DNA from: Candidatus Jordarchaeales archaeon
GTDB lineage: Archaea; Asgardarchaeota; Jordiarchaeia; Jordiarchaeales; Freyrarchaeaceae
Assembly (NCBI GenBank): GCA_038889235.1
Contig: JAWAHN010000001.1
Span: 1,078,803 to 1,110,802, forward strand
DNA: 32,000 nt
Direction of reading: 5' to 3'
In this document: piece after piece, positions 26,881 through 32,000 of the stretch
Layout of the letters: the number at the start of each line of letters is the position of its first letter
Numbering within the stretch: position 1 is the first letter of the stretch
The notes under the pieces: model-generated
What the model was told of the DNA's origin: nothing
Seen by the model: only the letters and a program-made list of their open reading frames with translations
Database searches by the model: none
Made by a program: the position numbers and the translations under genes

Positions 26881-27038
26881 GCTGGGCGCCACGGCGTGAA
26901 AGTCAAGCCCGCATGCGATTCGGCGAGTACTGCTGTGCGGGAGCCAGCGGGAAAGCCGAATGCTGGCGCTACGGCGCCGGCCATAGCATGCGGGGATATA
27001 CCCGTTCCCATTCCGAACACGGATCCGTGGCGTCCAGC
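26881..27038 (+). rRNA. rrf: Circularly permuted 5S rRNA gene: 5' arm 26881-26900, 5S 3' half 26901-26969, UACG linker 26970-26973, 5S 5' half 26974-27023, 3' arm 27024-27038
   Basis: GCCATAGC...ACCCGTTCCCATTCCGAACACGGA (5' half) lies downstream of AGTCAAGCCC...GAGTACTG...GGGAAAGCCGAA (3' half). Helices I-V can all be formed. Confidence 0.95.
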
Positions 27039-27043
27039 ATGTG

Positions 27044-27059
27044 CTTTTCTTCTTGTTTT
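27044..27059 (+). terminator. Oligo-T terminator after the 5S precursor
   Basis: CTTTTCTTCTTGTTTT immediately after the 3' arm. Confidence 0.6.
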
Positions 27060-27126
27060 CCAAGGTAACTTTAATACAGGGTACCTATCCTTCTTTTTCT
27101 GTGAAGTGTTCGTTGGGGTTGTATAT

Positions 27127-28008
27127 ATGACAAAGCCCAGGCTTTACATAGATGAGAGCAGTCCTCCTATATCCGATAACCTCTACGAAAAGATAGCCGC
27201 GCACAGGAAGCTTTACAGGAAGCTTGTTTTCTCCGGCAAGGCTGTTAAGCGTCTTAGGGGGATTTTGCCCTCTTCAGAATTGGTGAGGATGCTCAGGGGG
27301 GGCGGGGGGAAGCTTAGGCGCTTCGATATAATGATCGAGTTGTATTGTGACGTTGAGACTGAAAGTAGAGTTAAGTCTCTGTACGACGAAGTGTGTAGCA
27401 CGTACCCGCCTCAAAAGTCGTCTATTAGTCTTGCGTCAGAAGGCGAGGAGCCTGCCCCCCTGAGGCTCGGGTTGAGCTGGGAAGACGTCTCGTTCGATGC
27501 TTGGGCACTTATAGAGCGTTTTTACAGCGTCATAGAGGAACCATTCTACGTTAACTTCGAATTCGAAGACGACGAGAAGGTGGTGTCCGCCGTAAATCTC
27601 TCAGTTCCCTTCGATGAGGAAAGGAGGCAGTTCTACCTCGTGGAGCTTGTCACCCCGTTCAGGGTGAAGTATCCTAGTGGGGAAGAAAGGTTACTGGGCA
27701 AGCTTTCGTCGCTTGTGGAGGAGGTAACGAGCAACCCAAATGTGACCCCCGAGCTTTTTGTGATCGGTCGAGGCGGCATGTGGAAGCCGCTGATAACCGT
27801 CGGCTGGTCTTTTAACGATGGCCGCTTACTCGTGAAGGTTCCAGAGTGGAATGGTAAGGGTGGAATAGAGTTCATCTTGGACCCCATTAACGGCAAGGTT
27901 CAACTGATCAAGGGAGATCTTAAGGTTGAAAAGGACGGTAAGCTGGGGAACGTGTCGCTCGATGCCGTTCAGTTTTTCGAGCTGGGGGGAGATGAGCTCT
28001 CAAGTTAG
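27127..28008 (+). CDS. Hypothetical protein (293 aa)
   Basis: ATG 27127 (MTKPRLYIDE) opens a long ORF with protein-like composition. The upstream part of the ORF-track call overlaps the 5S gene and is not considered coding. Confidence 0.7.
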   Translation: MTKPRLYIDESSPPISDNLYEKIAAHRKLYRKLVFSGKAVKRLRGILPSSELVRMLRGGGGKLRRFDIMIELYCDVETESRVKSLYDEVCSTYPPQKSSISLASEGEEPAPLRLGLSWEDVSFDAWALIERFYSVIEEPFYVNFEFEDDEKVVSAVNLSVPFDEERRQFYLVELVTPFRVKYPSGEERLLGKLSSLVEEVTSNPNVTPELFVIGRGGMWKPLITVGWSFNDGRLLVKVPEWNGKGGIEFILDPINGKVQLIKGDLKVEKDGKLGNVSLDAVQFFELGGDELSS

Positions 28009-28475
28009 TCTCGCTCAAACCAAGGCGTCTCGAGGTTCTCGTCGACGTCAACGCTCACCCACTCCCTTCCACTCCTGGGGTCTTGCTCGTGCAGGACTCT
28101 CACAAAGCTGATTGACTCGCATGCAAAGCAGTAGGCCTCCACGACGGTTCCCTCCAAAACGTGGAACCAGACCTCTCCGCCATCGATTATGCGCCCCCTC
28201 AACACCTCGCACTCGATGACCTCTCCATTTCTGCCCACGTGCTCCATGATGGTGTTCCTAACTATTTCGCGCGCTTCAAGGTAAATCCTCCCCGCATAGT
28301 TGTTGCTCTTAGGAAAAATGTTCGTGGAGAGCGTTGTATATCCTCCCTTGGAGGCAACGGTAAACCTAGCGGCCTCGTAGTATTCTCCTTCAACTCCAAA
28401 CTTTCCACTCAAAGCTAGGCGTATTCCCTCGCTCATCGAGGCGTGTCTCTCACCAACAGAGGGTAAGGCGGCCAC
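28005..28475 (-). CDS. Hypothetical protein with one CxxC motif
   Basis: The ORF fills the gap between convergent genes and contains YCFACES. The start is uncertain. Confidence 0.6.
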   Translation of the reverse strand: MAALPSVGERHASMSEGIRLALSGKFGVEGEYYEAARFTVASKGGYTTLSTNIFPKSNNYAGRIYLEAREIVRNTIMEHVGRNGEVIECEVLRGRIIDGGEVWFHVLEGTVVEAYCFACESISFVRVLHEQDPRSGREWVSVDVDENLETPWFERD

Positions 28476-28587
28476 CCCCCTGAGACTAAACCGTAAGATT
28501 AAATTTAGACGGCGAGATACTTGTTTGCAAAATTCAGGCTTTAACTGTTACCGGCGCAAGTCGAAACACCCGTCTCGGTGATGAGCT

Positions 28588-30408
28588 TTGTCGCTTAGAC
28601 TGGAAAACATCGCCCGCCTTTACAACAAGCTCTTTACCCTCCCCTCCTCCCCTCTGCTACTATCGCTAGACATACTGGTCCACGCGGCCCTAGGAGCGCT
28701 CTTCTTCTTACTAATGGTTCCTCTCCACGGGTTAACAGTGGTCATGGACGGTGTGGCGTGGGGGCTTACATCGCTACTGCCCGCCTCAGCCGCTTCATGC
28801 CTGCTTTCATACATCGTAATTGGGAGGGAAGGGGTGAAGACGCTAAACTTAAGGCGTCTTACTGGGCTTGCAATGTTCTCCACGTTCTTTTGGGGTGTTC
28901 CCGCCGTTCTCGGTGTAGCGCTACGTAGCTGGGTGCCGGCAGCAGCCAGCTTAGGGTTGGCGTTCGGTGTAGCCTTAATGTCTTTCGCCAGAATGCTTAC
29001 AATCGAAGGTGTCCTCCCCCTAAGCTTTGCGAGGTCGTTTGCAGCGTCCTTAACACACCCCCTCCTCCTCATCGCTTTCCTCTTTTTCTCGAAGCTTGTC
29101 CCTTTGTCCATTTCTCTCGCCGGTAAACTTGTGGTCGTATGCGTGACCTTCACGCTCCTAGCACACTTCTACTTACTACTCATAGATGAAGCCGTCAGGC
29201 AGGAGTTGGGCATAGGAGGGTTACGCCTACTCCGCGGCTTCATGGCTGAATGGCTTTCGGATAACCCCCAACTACTAGAGGAGGCACTTGCCGAGATAGG
29301 CTCCGTGGAGGAACATAAGGTATTAGTGTTAAGCTTCACGCATCGTGATGACGTCGCCGCATCTTTAATTGTGCCAATGGTCCACCCGGGTCCCTTCAGA
29401 AAGGTTGGGGGGGCTACACTACCCTACATGGTCTCCAAATTGTTTGAGGAGCGGGTAGGCGGCGTAGCAGGCGTGGCTCACGGAGCTTCTACACATGCTC
29501 AGAACCCTGTTTCAAGGAGCGAGTCTGTTAAGCTGGCTGAGGAGGTCATTAGAGAAACCCTCTCCGGCAACTTTAAACTTGGTGTTCCGGTGAGCCCGCT
29601 GGTTCAAGCAAGCCGGGGGGGTGTGAGGGTAGGCTGTCAGCTTTTCGGTGAGCTGGCCTTGTTCACGGTAAGCCTTAAACCATGCGGCTACGACGACGTG
29701 CACCCGAGTGTGCTCGCGGAGCTATCGAGGGAGCTAGCGGGTGAGTGGGGTGGGGAATTTTTCTTGGTAGACGCTCACAGTGCCAGCCCGGGTCTCCTAG
29801 AACTAGACCCTCTAACTCCCGAGTCAGAGTTGACTAGGGAAATAATTGACGCAGCAAGGGAGGCGCTGAGGGAAGCTAAGAGACTTGCACTTCACAGTAA
29901 AGTTAGAGTTGGAGGAGGGCGGGCGAGCGTTGGAAACTTTGGGGTGAAAGAGGGGGTTGCGAGCGGCGGCGTCTTTTCACTCATAGTAGAGGTTGGCGGC
30001 AGCTTTGCCTGCTACGTGATCGTCGACGGGAACAACATGGTTCCCGGCCTTAGGGAAGAGGTGGAGCGGAGGGTGAAGGGTCTAGGAATCCAAGCGGTTG
30101 AAGTGATGACTAGCGATAGCCACGAGGCTAACGCGGTCTCCCTCAGCGAGCGCGGCTCTAACCCCATAGGACTCTCAGTCCCCTGGGACGCCGTGTTCGA
30201 AGCCGTACTCGAGTCCGTTGAAGCTGCAAAGCACCAGTTGAAGGAGGCCGAGCCTAAATACTTCATAAAGGAGGTTGCGTTGAAAGTGATTGGGGAGAGC
30301 TCCATGGAAAAGCTTTCACGATCAATCAGAAATGCGGCTCTCCTGGCGAGAAGAGCCATTATAATTCCGATTTTGTCGCTACTGGGGGTTTTTCTGCTCG
30401 CCTTCTAG
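28588..30408 (+). CDS. DUF2070 (COG3356) family membrane protein
   Basis: About 6 N-terminal TM segments, then VHPGPFRKVGG, HGASTH, VDAHS, DGNNM and TSDSH motifs. Confidence 0.85.
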   Translation: MSLRLENIARLYNKLFTLPSSPLLLSLDILVHAALGALFFLLMVPLHGLTVVMDGVAWGLTSLLPASAASCLLSYIVIGREGVKTLNLRRLTGLAMFSTFFWGVPAVLGVALRSWVPAAASLGLAFGVALMSFARMLTIEGVLPLSFARSFAASLTHPLLLIAFLFFSKLVPLSISLAGKLVVVCVTFTLLAHFYLLLIDEAVRQELGIGGLRLLRGFMAEWLSDNPQLLEEALAEIGSVEEHKVLVLSFTHRDDVAASLIVPMVHPGPFRKVGGATLPYMVSKLFEERVGGVAGVAHGASTHAQNPVSRSESVKLAEEVIRETLSGNFKLGVPVSPLVQASRGGVRVGCQLFGELALFTVSLKPCGYDDVHPSVLAELSRELAGEWGGEFFLVDAHSASPGLLELDPLTPESELTREIIDAAREALREAKRLALHSKVRVGGGRASVGNFGVKEGVASGGVFSLIVEVGGSFACYVIVDGNNMVPGLREEVERRVKGLGIQAVEVMTSDSHEANAVSLSERGSNPIGLSVPWDAVFEAVLESVEAAKHQLKEAEPKYFIKEVALKVIGESSMEKLSRSIRNAALLARRAIIIPILSLLGVFLLAF

Positions 30409-30529
30409 GCTTCCGTAGTGCTGAGACTTAACGTGCTTTTCATTAGTAAAATTTTTAACTACTAATTGTTAGTCATTTAGCAACCAAAGCTTTTAACATT
30501 AGCAAGATGCAGAAAGGAGGAGCGCTTCT

Positions 30530-31093
30530 TTGAAGGATTTGTTGGAGGTCCGGTTCCACGGTAGAGGCGGACAAGGCGTCGTCACAGCCAGCCGCCTGCT
30601 AGCAGAAGCTGCCCTGTTTGAAGGTAAGTTCGTGCAGGGTTTCCCGTTGTTCGGCCCAGAAAGAGAAGGTGCTCCTGTGAAGGCTTTCACGAGGATAAGT
30701 AGCAGTCCCATTCGCGTGAGGACGCAGATATACACTCCGGACGTGGTTGTAGTGCTAGATCCAACGCTGGTCAAAGTTGAGAAGGTAACGGATGGCTTAA
30801 AGGATGGGGGCTGGCTTATAGTCAACACCGCCAAAAGTCCGATGGACGTTAAAAGCGAAGTGGGGGTTAGGGTTAAGGTTGCAACGGTTAACGCGACGAA
30901 AATAGCGTTGGAGGTTTTTGGCGCTCCGAGGGTTAACGCGCCTATACTCGGATCCTTAGTGAGAGCAGTTCAGTTAGTAAGTCTTGACTCTCTTTTGAAG
31001 GCCACGCGCTCCTCTTTTAGTGGGAGAGTGGCTGAGAGCAATGTTAGAGCTATTGAGCGCGCTTACAACGAAACAATGTTAGAGGAGGATTGA
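30530..31093 (+). CDS. porG: Pyruvate/2-ketoisovalerate:ferredoxin oxidoreductase gamma subunit
   Basis: EVRFHGRGGQGVVT, FGPEREGAPV and PDVVVVLDPTL. Confidence 0.93.
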   Translation: MKDLLEVRFHGRGGQGVVTASRLLAEAALFEGKFVQGFPLFGPEREGAPVKAFTRISSSPIRVRTQIYTPDVVVVLDPTLVKVEKVTDGLKDGGWLIVNTAKSPMDVKSEVGVRVKVATVNATKIALEVFGAPRVNAPILGSLVRAVQLVSLDSLLKATRSSFSGRVAESNVRAIERAYNETMLEED

Positions 31094-31096
31094 AGT

Positions 31097-31384
31097 GTGA
31101 AGACGTGGGAAGATGTGCCCTTCGCCGGGTACATTTTTGAGCCCGGTAACACTGAAGGATACAAGACTGGCGACTGGAGATCGAGACAGAAACCCGTCAT
31201 AAACAAGGAGAAGTGCACTTTTTGCCTCTTGTGCTGGATATACTGTCCCGATGGCGCCATAATAAGGAAAGAGGGCGAGGTTGAAGTTGACTACTACCAC
31301 TGTAAGGGTTGCGGCATCTGCGCTTATGAGTGCCCCTCTGGTGCCATGAAAATGAAAAGCGAGTTTGAGGCAGATGAAGTATGA
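31097..31384 (+). CDS. porD: Pyruvate:ferredoxin oxidoreductase delta subunit (2x[4Fe-4S])
   Basis: KTGDWR, CTFCLLCWIYCPD and CKGCGICAYECP. Confidence 0.93.
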   Translation: MKTWEDVPFAGYIFEPGNTEGYKTGDWRSRQKPVINKEKCTFCLLCWIYCPDGAIIRKEGEVEVDYYHCKGCGICAYECPSGAMKMKSEFEADEV

Positions 31385-32000
31385 TGGCAAAAACTATTGT
31401 CGCCCTTAACGGTAACGAGGCTGCCGCTTACGCTGTCAAGCAGTGCAAGCCGGACGTCATAGCAGCCTACCCTATAACCCCCCAAACAGTGATAGTTGAA
31501 AGGCTAAGCGAGTACGTTGCGAACGGCGAGCTGGACGCCGAGTTCCTATCCGCCGAATCAGAACACTCCGCCATGAGCGCGTGCATAGGAGCGTCAGCCA
31601 TGGGGGCTAGAGTATACACTGCCACAGCCTCTCAAGGCCTAGCCCTAATGTACGAAATGTTGTTCGTAGCGTCCTCGTTCAGGCTGCCGATAGTTATGAG
31701 CGTCGCCAATAGAGCCCTGAACTCCCCCCTGAACATATGGAACGACATGAGCGACACCATGGGAGCTAGGGACTGCGGCTGGATACAGCTCTACAATGAA
31801 AACGCCCAAGAGGTCTACGACTTCACCATAATGGCATTCAAGATAGCTGAAGACCACAAGGTTCTTCTGCCGGTCATGGTGTGCCACGACGGCTTCGTCG
31901 TAAGCCACTCGACCGAGGGCGTCGAAGTTCTGAGCGACAGCGACGTAGACTCGTTCCTGCCGCCGAGAACCCCCCTCTACACGCTGGACGTTAACAAGCC
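31381..32000 (+). CDS. porA: Pyruvate:ferredoxin oxidoreductase alpha subunit (5' part, truncated by the window end)
   Basis: Manual translation from ATG 31381: MMAKTIVALNGNEAAAYAVKQCKPDVIAAYPITPQT...ESEHSAMS...TATASQGL. Not in the ORF track because no stop falls in the window. Confidence 0.92.
   Translation, partial: MMAKTIVALNGNEAAAYAVKQCKPDVIAAYPITPQTVIVERLSEYVANGELDAEFLSAESEHSAMSACIGASAMGARVYTATASQGLALMYEMLFVASSFRLPIVMSVANRALNSPLNIWNDMSDTMGARDCGWIQLYNENAQEVYDFTIMAFKIAEDHKVLLPVMVCHDGFVVSHSTEGVEVLSDSDVDSFLPPRTPLYTLDVNK

Noticed and set aside
26881-27038. Permuted 5S as an assembly artefact or a tandem 5S fragment
   Set aside because: Misassembly would not generate complementary 14-bp arms, correctly spaced bulges, a cUACGg cap and a base-exact junction. 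No part of the 5S is duplicated. Read-level confirmation is still advisable.
26881-27038. Flanking inverted repeat as a MITE or transposon end
   Set aside because: There is no target-site duplication or transposase, and the repeat is fully explained as an RNA processing stem.
26716-27126. N-terminal extension of the 430-aa ORF, plus small ORFs 26835-27068 across the 5S locus
   Set aside because: They overlap the 5S rRNA, its promoter and its terminator. The downstream ATG 27127 gives a normal protein, so these are chance open frames in GC-rich structured RNA.
451-31908. Numerous antisense and out-of-frame ORFs in the track (e.g. 451-822, 2198-2758, 10525-11163, 25932-26765, 31079-31390)
   Set aside because: They are shadows of well-supported genes on the other strand or frame, with no recognisable motifs.

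Overview
Archaeal chromosomal window with no mobile element or CRISPR array. PolD large subunit plus TopoVI A/B and H4MPT-type cofactor genes argue against classical Crenarchaeota. A longin-like coiled-coil protein hints at an Asgard (Jordarchaeia-like) lineage, which is inference. Contents: folP, polC (DP2), an MFS transporter, top6A/top6B, a tight pterin C1-cofactor operon (RFAP synthase, DUF1464, DmrX-like, DHPS-like, MptA, two COG1665-like nucleotidyltransferases), a CitG-family gene, a thiolase/DUF35 pair, DUF2070 and porG-porD-porA (porA runs off the end). There are three tRNA genes (Val-CAC, Ala-TGC, Gly-CCC), all with introns at non-canonical positions. The main finding is a circularly permuted 5S rRNA gene at 26881-27038. 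Its 3' half precedes its 5' half, and the natural ends are fused by a C(UACG)G tetraloop. It is flanked by 14-bp complementary arms that form a bulge-helix-bulge-type splice motif. Cleavage and ligation there would give a 123-nt circle that restores the conserved CCGAACACGGA|AGUCAAGCCC sequence exactly.
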